Assembly (NCBI RefSeq): GCF_000743755.1
Contig: NW_014569478.1
Location: 1 to 39,364 of the forward strand
Source of the DNA: Blastocystis sp. subtype 4
Taxonomy: Eukaryota
Reading direction: 5' to 3'
Length of the DNA: 39,364 nt
Below the pieces are notes generated by a model. It saw nothing but the letters and a program-made list of their open reading frames with translations. It was not told where the DNA came from and ran no database searches. This document shows positions 11,090-22,247 of this stretch, piece after piece. A program made the position numbers and the translations under genes. How positions within the stretch are numbered: position 1 is the stretch's first letter; each line of letters opens with the position of its first letter.

Positions 11090-12786
11090 TCAAGAAACAA
11101 AAGATCCTTTCTTAACAAGTAGAGAATCACGAATTGATTGATCCAAACGATGTTCCATCTCTTCCACAGAATGATTACCTAAGACCTCTTGAACAATTTT
11201 TTGATCATCCAATAAACTGTCTTCTTCTGAAAAGATCATTCGTGTTACTGGTTCTTCTTCTTCCATTGCAGCATCATTTTGTGTTGAAGGAGTTACACTA
11301 GAAGAGTGTCCACACTGAATAGGCAGACTCCTCACTTGAATAGCAGGCACAACAATATTTCCCTATCAGTCAGTCTCTCCTCTCACACTCACATTCTCAT
11401 CTACTCCTTCCAGATATCGGGGTTGCCATACAGCTCCTGCTACCATCCGAGGACGTCCCACTCGTTCAACAAAGCGGACATTGGGATTAGCATGAGGGCT
11501 CAACATTTGTTGGCGAACGATACTCTGAGCCTTTTCCAGATTTACACGCAATTTAGAAGGAACTCCAATCACACGTCGTTTTGCTTCAGGCTGGATTGTA
11601 GACTTATAATGTGCTCGTGGTGCTAATGCATGCCCCATAGAACGTGAAGATGATTCTGAATCCAAATAGTCAATCTCATGATCACCAGCAGGAATAGCAA
11701 CTGAAGAAGATTCTTCAACATGAAGAAGAGATGAATGTGAAGCGGGAACCAGATGAGCTCTTGTTGAGAGAACCGAGAGAAACTTGTCAATTCGTTTCTC
11801 AACCACGGTTTTCCGAGCTTTGTTATCATAAACAGGACTGATTGGATCCACACCATGGCGTAACATCCACTCCTTCTTGCGATCTTGTTCTGATACTTGA
11901 GGGCTATTGGTATATTGAAGAGATGTGTCAGAATGAGGAGAATGTTCGATGCATGAGAAAGGTGGATTGGGCTGGATATCTTCATAGGGTTGTTCTGTTT
12001 GTATCTGAAGAAACTCTTCTGGTTGTGCTTCTGGAGGAGATACATCTAATTGTACTGTCTCTTGTTGAATGTTATCTGAAGATGATTCTCGATGGCATAA
12101 ATGAGTAGTCATATAATCAACACACTTATCAACACCATCTGACTCTGCTTGTGACATGATTTGTGATACAGATATCTTGGAGGATTGATTTGAAATACCT
12201 CTATTCGTCATATACTCTTAATGTAACAACAGATTCAATACCCAAACGAGAAATGTGAATAATCCAGAAACTAAGAGACTGGTATTCTCATTCTCAAAAT
12301 AGGACGGAGTAATCAGTAATACATCTGGAATACCTATGGAGCGACATGCATTTGTGAACATGGAAATATTCTCATGTTTCAGTAAGAAATTTAAATCTGC
12401 ACTTCATTTACATCCAACAGAGTCCTACTTGATGTATGAGGATCTTTTATCACTCCATTTGGTATAAGTCGACGAAATAACCGACATAATATCTACATGA
12501 ATTAATTCATGATATCTGCACAATACAATTCCATCACTCAATTCCGATAATAGCGAGCCCCTCAACTCCACACCAAGAATCTTCGAAATTACTTCTCTCA
12601 ATATAATCTCTTCTTCCTAATCAAATTAATAAATACCCTATACTATACGTTTGTCTCATCCTCCTTGAAACGAGCGATTTCATCATCCATACCCATATCA
12701 CGATTCAAACTTAAGGCTCTCTGATTTTTGATATCATTAGATCGGAAATCCATTGAACCCCCGTCATCGTCTTGAGTTGACAGCAT
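11090..12786 (-). CDS. Calponin-homology (CH) domain protein with low-complexity C-terminus, multi-exon
   Basis: ATG at 12786. Exons encode LLSELSDGIVLC and HENISMFTNACRSIGIP, typical CH-domain motifs, and continue via ORFs 11366-12211 and 11090-11350. Confidence 0.65.
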
Positions 12787-12878
12787 TATAGGATTCAAAT
12801 AGCTAACGTAGTGCAGAAAAATAGACAAAGCACAAACGTAACACAAGATTAGATGAGATGAATAGGAGGGAAAAAGAA

Positions 12879-12951
12879 AGCCCCAAGTGGGATTCGAACA
12901 CACGACCTGCCGCTTACGAAGCGGATGCTCTACCAACTGAGCTATTGAGGC
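12879..12951 (-). tRNA. tRNA-Thr(CGT)
   Basis: Cloverleaf GCCTCAA TA GCTC AGTTGGTA GAGC A TCCGC TTCGTAA GCGGC AGGTC GTGTG TTCGAAT CCCAC TTGGGGC T, followed by a T-rich Pol III terminator. Two stem mismatches. Confidence 0.9.
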
Positions 12952-13010
12952 ACCTACTGATATTGTTATTGGCAATATATGAGTAGACGATAGTGGCACA
13001 TCTTCATAGA

Positions 13011-14626
13011 ATGGATGATTGCAGTCTTGCTGAGGTGAATGCCGATATACTTTTTCATGTGTTCTCATTTTTACCTCCAGTTTCTATTCGAAAAGAGGTG
13101 GTTTTCGTGAACAAGTATTGGAATGAGACTGCTGGAAGAGAGTACTGAATAAATCTGAATTGATAGATAGAGTTATTTATGTCGATGATAAGAATCAAGA
13201 AGACGGGAAATGGGTATTTTCGACTCTCCAGAGGGCAATTGATTCTTGTACTGATTATTCAACAATTATTATACGAGTTGGTTCTAGGATTGTATTTCAT
13301 TATAGAATTCGTTCATTCGCCCTGTTACAATTCATAATAAGCATGTTGTGATCTCAACAGAAGGTGAGAAAGTAGTAATTGATTCAGATGATCCGATTAT
13401 CTTTGATATAAAGTCGAGTAAAGTTGAGACAATGAACTGAAATATAGGTGGAGTTCATTTCTCGAATTCTCTCTTTCGTGTAAATGGTCATCCTCCATTA
13501 AATGTCATTGAAGAGGCAGAAGGAGTCGAACGGAGTTTTACAATTATCAGTGCATGCAATAGTAACTTATCTGTGACAGATCTGAAGTTGGAAGTGAAAC
13601 ATCCTCATCTTTGGCGGTTTATCACAAGTAAGACTTCATCTGTCAGGTGAAGCCTACTATGATACTGTAATTGTCTAGAATGGATAATGTGTATCTCGAG
13701 AAACTGAATTCAGTGGTAATCGGCAGTGGTTCTCTCTCTATTCAGAATTGTTATTTTACTCAGTTGTTCAATACAGGAATTGATATCCAAGAAGGACCTG
13801 TTGCCATCCATCATTCTGTTTTGGAATCGAAAGAGGATTTGGGTAATGCAGGAATTCTGTTTGAATCAACTCATCATAGTCAGCAACTCAGTGATGTAAG
13901 AATCCAACGTTTTCATGTTGGTGTGGTTTGCCATGGAACTAGTATCTTTCAATCGTGTTCGATCCTTCATTGTGGTGCGATTGGGATTTGCATTGATAAC
14001 CCGTCTGATCCGTTTCTTTGTGAAATCGAGAATTGTGAAATCGATCTTTGTTCTAGAGGAATAAGTGCTAATAACTGCCTGTTATCAGTTCTCACATCCC
14101 ATGTTCGACATTCCAAATGTGCTATTTATGCTACATCTTCTATGACTGTTCGGATTGAGAATTGCTGTCTTCATGATTGTAAGGAGAGTATACTGAAGTG
14201 TCAAAATGTTCAATCACTTCAATCTTCTTCCAATAGCTTATATGATAGCAAAATTGGGTATGACTTGGATAATGTACTCTATGTGGGTATGGTTCATAAT
14301 CATTTTATGTATGTTAGCAACACTGTATTCTCTTTAGCCGGGTCAATCGTACCAACAAGTAGAGCAAATCATCAATAGGAACGACTATATCTATGTGACA
14401 ATACTATTATCATGAATTGCAGACATGCCTCAGTTCAGCGTACAGCAATGACCTTCCATGTTGATGAAGCCGAGTTTTTGGGGAATCGCCTTGTTTCGGA
14501 TGGGACTATCGAGTAGAGTTGTTGAATCTATATTAGAATAGATCTTCATTATTAGATGATGGAGATTGTCAACGAATCAACCAAATGGTTTTGATTAGTC
14601 CAATCAAACGTGAGGAGGGACTGTAG
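13011..14626 (+). CDS. F-box-like plus right-handed beta-helix (pectin-lyase fold) protein, FBXO11-like architecture, multi-exon
   Basis: N-terminus LAEVNADILFHVLIFLP..VVFVNKYWN is F-box-like. FSTLQRAID..STIIIR and repeated IxNCxI/GI beta-helix units occur in ORF 13671-14378. Short introns lead to TAG at 14624-14626. Confidence 0.65.
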
Positions 14627-14864
14627 TAGGAATGTGATATTGCATGTAATCTAGTATTGAGAAAGTCGAAACCATGTATTCTTTGAAGCTAGGTGGTTTG
14701 GGCTCCGGAATATTTGTTCTTCCAGCTGTTGTCGGAGTTCTTTTCTGTTTTATCCTTTTTTCGCATCGTTTTAATGTTTGTTCATAACAGATATTGATAT
14801 TCCCGTGGGATATACATCCGTCTCATTTTTACTGTAGGACGAATCCTCCTTGAGTTCTCACCAT

Positions 14865-16361
14865 ATGAGTGCATTAACAGGCGATAGGAAACAAGTACCT
14901 CCAATATTCGATAGTATAGTTGGTGAAGTGGGTATAATCTAGGTAATGGAATGCAATCTATTGAAGGACCAGAAGTATTCAGTAATGATGGGATTCTCGA
15001 AAACGACAAATCTATTGAAGTGTTCTTTGCATCAGAAAAGAGTACTCCAACGACTCCTAACTTGCAACCATTTCCAGTGATTGGTGATGGGATTGGCACA
15101 GGTGTAGTTGGAGATCTCTCCGATATTCCTCCATTGACGTCCGAAGACATGTTTGAGTCGAATCACCGTGAACTCGAGGTACCACGAGATGTTTCCAAGG
15201 ACAAAGAACGAGGAACAACCAAGCGGAGAGGTGGAACGGCAAAAACTGTACGGAAACGGGGTCGAGCTACAGGAAAATCCGAAGACAATATTTCAATGAA
15301 TGGTCGTGGCGTATTTCTACAACGACCGGAATCTCTCCCATCTGGGTCATTACCAATGCTGGATAAAATTCCTGTCTACTCCAACTCGGTAGAAGTGATG
15401 AATCCTCCATATCGGCAATCCTTCCCGAATCATTCGTCTGCCTACAATGGTGGTAATTCTATGTTTAGCTCTCAGATGCAATCTTCGTCTGCACACTATT
15501 CACAACGTATTGCCTCAAGACCTCCTTTGATGTCGCTAGTACCTCAAGGCTTAGTGCCAGTTCAGCAAATGAACCCCAATTATAAACAAATCAATTCAAA
15601 TATCCCTGTACGAACACTTCCCGTGAATCGAGGACATCTTCAGCGCGTTCAATCCTATCAAGACAGATCAGTTCACATGGAACTACCAACCTGTCAGGAG
15701 CAAATACAAAATTTGGAGTCAGACAATCCAAGATTTCGATCTTCGAGTTACTATGGGATCGAAGGCGAAGGGGTGGGTATGAATGATTCTAAGTCCGAAT
15801 CAGGAAGTTATTCTCCTGCTGTGAACCAGATGGGCAATCAAGGCAATCCCAACCAACTCCAACCTAATCAACAGGAGTCAATTGATCTAAATAATTATGT
15901 TCCAGTGTCTCGGAATGATACGATGTTACGACATGATTCCGGAATTGCGATGGGCTGTCGCCAGGTTCAACGCATAGGACGTGGCCAGCAACGTGATAAT
16001 CAAGTCCTTCTCCATGTTGTAGGTTCTATGGAGCCGTTTGGTGTTGTGATAATTGATGCCCGGACAGATAAACTTGATTTTGTTCGGAAAGCGATTGAGA
16101 AACATTTCCAGGATCTAATTCATATGTCTGTTTTTGAATTTCTCTCAAGAGATGGTGTTCCGATTAGACGAAGTCAGGAGAAGGAGGTACTTGTGTGGAG
16201 TCAGACATATGAGAAGGTAAGGGTAAATTGAGTGGAATAATGAATAGCAATGGAAGCATCATACCTTTGGTGATCTCTGTGTTCGTTATCATCTATTTAT
16301 TCAAGCTGCTGATACAGCTAACACTAAAGAACCAGTAATAATTGTAAAGAAAGAAGTATGA
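14865..16361 (+). CDS. Hypothetical protein, long disordered N-terminus and small globular C-terminal domain
   Basis: ATG at 14865 and intron 14914-14942 join ORF 14951-16231. Intron 16217-16247 leads to TGA at 16359-16361. Contains a basic cluster KRRGG..RKRGR. Confidence 0.65.
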
Positions 16362-16398
16362 AATGTATTATGTGTATTGCTTGCTTTCAGAAACATGT

Positions 16399-17537
16399 TT
16401 ATTTGGAGTAGAGTGACCTGTATATCGCTAATAGGCCCTTATTGTTACGAATAATAAACTCAGCATCTGACTGGAAGCGTTTCAGTAGAGATTGGTAGAT
16501 ATTAGTTGTGTCAGCAACAAAGTCTACCTGACACTCAATAGGAATGCCACTATGAGGATTCTGATGTGGAATAGAAGGTATCACAACTGATTTGAATGCA
16601 TTTTCAAAGAACAACCGCTCTTCATATCCTCGTAACAGATCATAGTTTCCCTAGTAGTTACGCTGATTCAACACAAAAACTTGAATCACAGTAAGAATCT
16701 CTTCATCACATGGACGAGCGTCTTTCGAAACATTCAGCATGGACAAAACAACATCGCAAAGTTTTTGTGAATAAATTCCTGGAAACGAAACCACAACTGG
16801 ATTCCTCTGCTCGATTATCTGTGTCACCAGTTCAGAATAGGACCCCTTATTAAACAACGGCTTTCGCCACATCATTTCATATGCTACACATCCAAGAGAC
16901 CAAATATCTGCAGAGAAAGCATATGGTTCTCCTTTTATCATTTCTGGTGCCATATATTGAACAGTACCGGTACAAGTCTGCTGACCCGTTGAAGCAGTAA
17001 AGGTAGCCGCTACACCAAGGTCCCCAATCTTGACTCTACCATCACGAAGAAACAAGTTCTGTGGCTTGATATCTCGATGAACAACTGACTGAGAGTGCAG
17101 ACATTGCAGGCCATACATACAATCACGCAAAATCTGCAGAATCACTTTCTCAGGAATGAGTCTTAGAATCATCCACTGACCAAATTTCTACTGTTCATTT
17201 CGTTTGAAATAGTCAATGAAGTCTTCCAAATCGCCAGAAGGCATGTATTCCAGAATCATACACAAGTAGCTTCCATCAATGAAGTAGTCAAGACACTGAA
17301 TCACATTCAGATGATGAATAGACTTTAATAGGCGAGCCTATACTGAAAGAGAAAGAACGATACTACTTCTCTGTAAGCCATCTCAAAGATATCATCTGTT
17401 GATTTTGAAATACTTCGATAATATGAAAGATGGCATTTCTTCATCGCTACAAGTAGATTGGTTTCCCTATCCTTAACGAGCCAAACAGTCGAACTAGATC
17501 CTCTTCCTATTTCCTTAATGCAAGAATAACGGTTCAT
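16399..17537 (-). CDS. Ser/Thr protein kinase, NEK/NIMA-like, multi-exon
   Basis: IGRGSSS, VAMKK, HRDIKPQNLFL, KIGDLG, GTVQYMAPE, DIWSLGC. Confidence 0.9.
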
Positions 17538-17679
17538 GAAGGGTTATTGGTCAATTCTAGATTCACGTGATCATACTCCTTTTTCGACTCTGTTGTCACC
17601 TTCTAAACGTCATCTAGAACCAAAATTATCAAGAATAAATAATCAAGTATTCTCATTCTTCTATCAGTATAGTACTTCA

Positions 17680-18243
17680 ATGGAAAGGTATCCTTCTGTA
17701 AAATCAAATGAAAGTATAGATTCCCTAAGGAACAAGTCTTTGAGATTATCAACAAGAAACTAGAAACCATCAAAACTTCGTTGTCCAGTGACCAACAAAT
17801 GGATATGGGGACGTTCTACGACATTTTTACACGCAGTAACGAACTCATTCACATTGTGGATTGCCGAAGTCAAGAAGAATTTGACTCTTGTCACATTTCT
17901 AGATCACACACTCTTGTATGGATGTAGATTGGAACTGATCTGTAGGAAGACTATCACAGTCATACCGAATGGAAGGGTCTTCCGATCCGTACTTTCTTCG
18001 TTTCTCGAATTGGAGAACGATCGGCTGCCATAGTGAAAGAGGAGTTAAAACAGGGAGTGAAAGCATACAATGTGAATGGAGGAATTATTGAGTGGTTGCA
18101 TTACAAGGGGTAAGGGAATTTCCTCCTAGTTATTCTTTAGATACTGCGATTTCGCAGATCCGGATACAAAATCCGTGAATATTGTCAACAAGGAATTTGC
18201 GCCTCTCATTCCTGAGGGTTACACTCCAGTATTTAGCGCCTAA
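17680..18243 (+). CDS. Rhodanese-like single-domain protein, multi-exon
   Basis: Spliced frame gives IVDCRSQEEFDSCHI ... SRIGERSAAIV ... AYNVNGGIIEW. TAA at 18241-18243 and TGTTTGTT at 18252-18259. Confidence 0.75.
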
Positions 18244-18303
18244 ACGGTCATTGTTTGTTTCTATTCTTCCTTCTTAAGGAACATGGCGTTTTATCAAGAG
18301 GAA

Positions 18304-18376
18304 GCCTTTTTAGCTCAGTTGGTAGAGCACCCGCCTTGTAAGCGGAAGGTCCGGGGTTCGATTCCCCGAGGGGGCA
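18304..18376 (+). tRNA. tRNA-Thr(TGT)
   Basis: GCCTTTT TA GCTC AGTTGGTA GAGC A CCCGC CTTGTAA GCGGA AGGTC CGGGG TTCGATT CCCCG AGGGGGC A, followed by T-runs. Confidence 0.93.
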
Positions 18377-18396
18377 ATTCCTTTTTATTTTTCACT

Positions 18397-19671
18397 ATGG
18401 AGTACAAAACTAACACGTATGAAGCCTTAACCAGACACATGTATGTCAGTTGGGCTCTTGTTTTAGATGTATGTTTCACTGAACAAGAAGTCATTGCTGC
18501 CTTGAAGCATGTTCATGCAAAACACCCTCATTTGCGCTGTCGTATTCATGAGGGAACTCATCCAGGGGATATGAGTCTTTTAGAGAAGGAAGTTGGTGGT
18601 CCTGTCGTTTCTGTGCTTCCTGCATGTGTTCAGAACGTGGATGAGTTTCTGGAAAATTGTGTTGAATGGTTTTCAAATGATAGAAACGTTGATGATACAG
18701 TTCACTATTGGCTACTACTTGACAGTGAACAGAATCAATGTGTACTAGTTGCCTGCTTTTGCCATTCGTGTGTCGATGCACTCTCAAGTCTGCGTGTGGC
18801 CACAGATTTCCTATTGTATCTCGATTCTCCTTCGCTTTCAATTCCAAATTCTCGTCCCTTTGTTTCCGTTCAGAATGAAATCGTTTTGAAGAATCCAGAT
18901 GGTAATAATACTCCATATAAGAACCAAACAGAGGTGGTGTGGATAGCTCCGATTCGTCTACACGATGATGGTGACGTTTCTGGTCTTTTTAGAACGAAAC
19001 AAATTGTGTTGCCTCCAGAGACCATTGATGCCATTGTGAAGATGTGCCGTGATCATGGATGTACGTATCAGAGTTATCTTTGGCTATGCATTTTAATTAC
19101 CCAGATGAGGCTGTTCCAACGATCGTTTCCTCTCTCTGTGCGGTTTAACACACCTGTAACTACCATAGGCAGAGCCACTTTTGCCCATCCAATCTCCTCG
19201 GAAGATCTCGTCGTTGGGGCCTATTCTTGTTTCGTCCAGACTCATCTAGAAGGTGAACAGTCGTTCTGGGATGTTTGCCGGAGACTGACTGCAGCATTAA
19301 AACAGGAGATTGAGAGTGGAGACCAGATGAATGACTTCTTTTCTGTTTGCCAAACACTTGACTTTGGTAAACTCCCCTCAGCTTCATTCAATGGTTGTAC
19401 GCTTGGTGTAACGGATCTTAAACACCAGTATTCACATTTCTCTCTTAAGAATATCTATTTCCTTCCTGCTACTTCAAGATCTCCAGGGATGGGAGGTATG
19501 AATGTGCATGCATTCACTGTTGCTGGACTTGGCTGTTTCGTAAATTGTACCTATTGGTATCCTGGTTTCACCTCCCATGAGATGGCAGAGTACACACAGG
19601 ACTTGCAACAAATATTCAAGAGAGTATGTGAAGGAGATTGTACTTTACAACAAGTTCTCGATCATTCATAA
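18397..19671 (+). CDS. CoA-dependent acyltransferase / condensation-domain superfamily protein (alcohol acetyltransferase or PapA5-like), intronless
   Basis: KHPHLRCRI, HxxxD motif CHSCVDALS, IVKMCRDHGCT, FWDVCRRL. The true start is ATG 18397, downstream of the tRNA. TGTTTGTT at 19678-19685. Confidence 0.75.
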   Translation: MEYKTNTYEALTRHMYVSWALVLDVCFTEQEVIAALKHVHAKHPHLRCRIHEGTHPGDMSLLEKEVGGPVVSVLPACVQNVDEFLENCVEWFSNDRNVDDTVHYWLLLDSEQNQCVLVACFCHSCVDALSSLRVATDFLLYLDSPSLSIPNSRPFVSVQNEIVLKNPDGNNTPYKNQTEVVWIAPIRLHDDGDVSGLFRTKQIVLPPETIDAIVKMCRDHGCTYQSYLWLCILITQMRLFQRSFPLSVRFNTPVTTIGRATFAHPISSEDLVVGAYSCFVQTHLEGEQSFWDVCRRLTAALKQEIESGDQMNDFFSVCQTLDFGKLPSASFNGCTLGVTDLKHQYSHFSLKNIYFLPATSRSPGMGGMNVHAFTVAGLGCFVNCTYWYPGFTSHEMAEYTQDLQQIFKRVCEGDCTLQQVLDHS

Positions 19672-19835
19672 GTAAATTGTTTGTTAATTACTGCAACATG
19701 AGCTCTCTATCTTGCAAGGTCTGTTCGACCTATTTCGAAAACTTTAGACAGATATAAGGGCGTTTCATCCAACTAAAACAGAAACGCCCTCCAATTGATT
19801 CTTCAATTGGCAGATAATAGACGCATACTTTTTTC

Positions 19836-20525
19836 ATGAATCCTGCTGCTTTGGAAAGAATTGCAAAATACAGCGTCTATCCAGTGAAGGCTACAGGTTT
19901 TTTGTTACGAAAGTCTTCGTTTTACAGACGAGACTTTTATTGCATGACTCTGGGAAGAAGAGCGGAGAACAATGCTAGAGTGTTTATGGAGCGAAACAAG
20001 AGGATTCTTGTAACTCCTGCACGTCATGCATCAACAAATGCCTTTGGAGCATCTTCGACTGCTGGAACTATGTCTTTATTATTGGGATCTTCTGCTGCCA
20101 TCGCAGGAGGTATTTACTATTATTCTCATACGCTGATGGTGAGTTTTGTCTGAGAAATTAATGAATAGAACAGTGTGGTATTTAGGAAGGCATTGGATAT
20201 TATGAACCGATGTCCTTTGATTCTCGATCTCCTTGGAACTTCCACCCTGAAAGTAAGTATTGCTCGTGGAAGCGTCCATAATGGACGAGTCAAGATTACG
20301 TTTGTGTTGAAGGGAAACAATACACAGTATCTAGTCACCCTTCAGGGAAATGAGGATGATGAATCCATCGAGGTGTTGTCACTACACCGTCGTGCTGAAG
20401 TTCCGGCTACCGAGTATTTCATTTACCGTGATGGCAACTTGGTTGTTGAGTTGAGTGAAGAGAAGAAAAGCGAGATGGTATTGGAATCAAATGTGAAGGA
20501 GGTAGCCGATGAGCTGAAGGAGTAA
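19836..20525 (+). CDS. Probable mitochondrion-related organelle inner-membrane protein, Tim21/Coa1-like
   Basis: Arg-rich, acid-poor N-terminus resembling a presequence, one TM segment (LLLGSSAAIAGGIYYY), then VFRKALDIMNRCPLILDLLG and VKITFVLKG. Intron at about 20139-20168. Confidence 0.5.
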
Positions 20526-20696
20526 GAGTTTCTTTTATGATGCATTCTGTTCAATCGCAATAATATTGGAGTTGTTTGTTTGAGATGCCCCAAATTACAA
20601 AATCCCTTTGTATTCCTATAAACTGGCTTCCCAGGGGTGCAACTCTTGGTTTTGATTCTCTCAGTATTTGGTATTTCTCCCACTGTTCACCAAATA

Positions 20697-21141
20697 ATGA
20701 GCGCTGAGAAGAAGGAAATGGTTCCTGTCACTCGTGATTATACCGTCAACCTCCACAAGGCATGTCACAAGGTGTAGGTTTTGATTTGTGATTGAAAGAG
20801 TTTACTTGATCCTTTTGAATTTGTCTAATCATTCATATAGTGCTTTTAAGAGAAAGGCTCCTCGTGCTATGGATGTTATCCGCAAGTTCGCTCAAAAGGC
20901 TATGGGAACTGAGAAGGTTGTAATTGATACGACTGTCAATCACTATGTGTGGAACAAGGGTATCCGCAACATTCCACGCCGAATTCGAGTTCGTCTAGCT
21001 CGTAAAGTGGATGGAGAAGGCGAGGATGAGAAGACTGTAGGGTTTTAAGTAGAGGGAATGATTATTTAGTTTTATACTCTGGTTCAGGTTGTGGATGTGC
21101 CTCATTTCCATGGACTTCAGACGAAGGTTGTTGAGGAATAA
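20697..21141 (+). CDS. RPL31: 60S ribosomal protein L31 (eL31)
   Basis: VTRDYTVNLHK, FKRKAPRA, VWNKGIRNIPRRIRVRLAR, FHGLQTKVVEE. Introns 20774-20840 and 21037-21069. Confidence 0.97.
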
Positions 21142-21217
21142 AGTGACTTGTAATGGAGATTTGCCTTTGTGTTATGTTTCTTTGGATACACTAGTTTCTT
21201 TCATCTGGATAATCAAT

Positions 21218-22206
21218 ATGTATTTTCATATAAATGTACATCGAGTCGTATCTCTCCTATGTTTTGTCTTCCGACAATGTAGAACATATCTCAACGATGG
21301 TGGAAACGTTGGATCGGTGTTCGTGATTGTTTTCATGACTATTCATTCATAGTGGGTTATGGAGGAGTCGTTCTTGTAAACGAAGTAGATCGACGTCTAT
21401 TAGAAGAAAAAGATGTTTTCATTTTTGTTTGTTGGCTGAATCGTAGAAAGCTGACCATAATGTACATGGTATTGGTCTGTGCAAACAGCAAATTGCTGCT
21501 CTTGTTCGAGACCAAGGAATTGGAGATTCTAAGGAGATGCGTGTTTTTACTCGTTTGTCTGTTGTTACTGAAAAGAAAGCACAAGTTTATGCGATTGTAC
21601 TGGTTGAGTTTTATCTGGTGAACGATAGAATAGCGAGATTGGACGGACATATGATCTTGTTTCAGTTAGACCGATGAATATGGAGACCTTCGAAATGGCA
21701 TGTGATACAGTGAGTCAACAAGCTGATTGTGACTGTTTAGTCCTATATTGATATCATTGAAGTTGATGTGGAAAACCGTTCAATGTATCCAATCACCAAA
21801 AAGGTCATTGATAATGCTCTACGACACGGAATTATGTTTGAATTCCGTTTGAGTGCATCATTTCGAGGTAGGAACAGTTGCATTCTTCTCCTCAGATCGT
21901 TTCAACTTGAAGAACCTATTTATTGTAGCAAATATACTTACATATTACACACGAGGACGAAATATCATATTTGGATGGCATGTGTATGCATTTCGGATGA
22001 CTTCTAGTGATCCCATTAGTCCGATTGAGTTAAAGGCACCATATGAATATATAGCAATTGCCAGACTATTAGGTTTGCCTATGGACAAGGCTTATGCAGT
22101 TGTAACTCAGAATGTGATAGATGCGATCGCTCATGGAGGTTTGGTTTGGATTCAGCTATAAGGGATAGAAAGACGTCGATATGAAAGTTCAGGTGTGATT
22201 CTTTGA
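21218..22206 (+). CDS. RPP30: RNase P/MRP subunit p30 (Rpp30/Rpp1), multi-exon
   Basis: YDLVSVRP..FEMAC, IDII, ALRHGIMFEF, TRGRNIIF, PIELKAPYE..LLGL. Ends CTT TGA TG TGTTTGTT. Confidence 0.85.
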
Positions 22207-22247
22207 TGTGTTTGTTTCACATTGTGTTTTGTTGTGACAAAGAACTG

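Noticed and set aside
12643..13068. 141-aa ORF spanning tRNA-Thr(CGT)
   Set aside because: Only the part from ATG 12786 is coding; the rest is tRNA and the antisense of the F-box gene.
18283..18396. N-terminal ORF extension through the tRNA (apparent tRNA-CDS fusion)
   Set aside because: The peptide AFLAQLVEHPPCKRKVRGSIP is just a translation of the tRNA; the ATG at 18397 after the T-run is the likelier start.
20631..20637. CCAGGGG shared upstream of RPL31 and RPL12 (about 29393-29399)
   Set aside because: Only 7 nt and in opposite orientation relative to the two genes; not distinguishable from chance.
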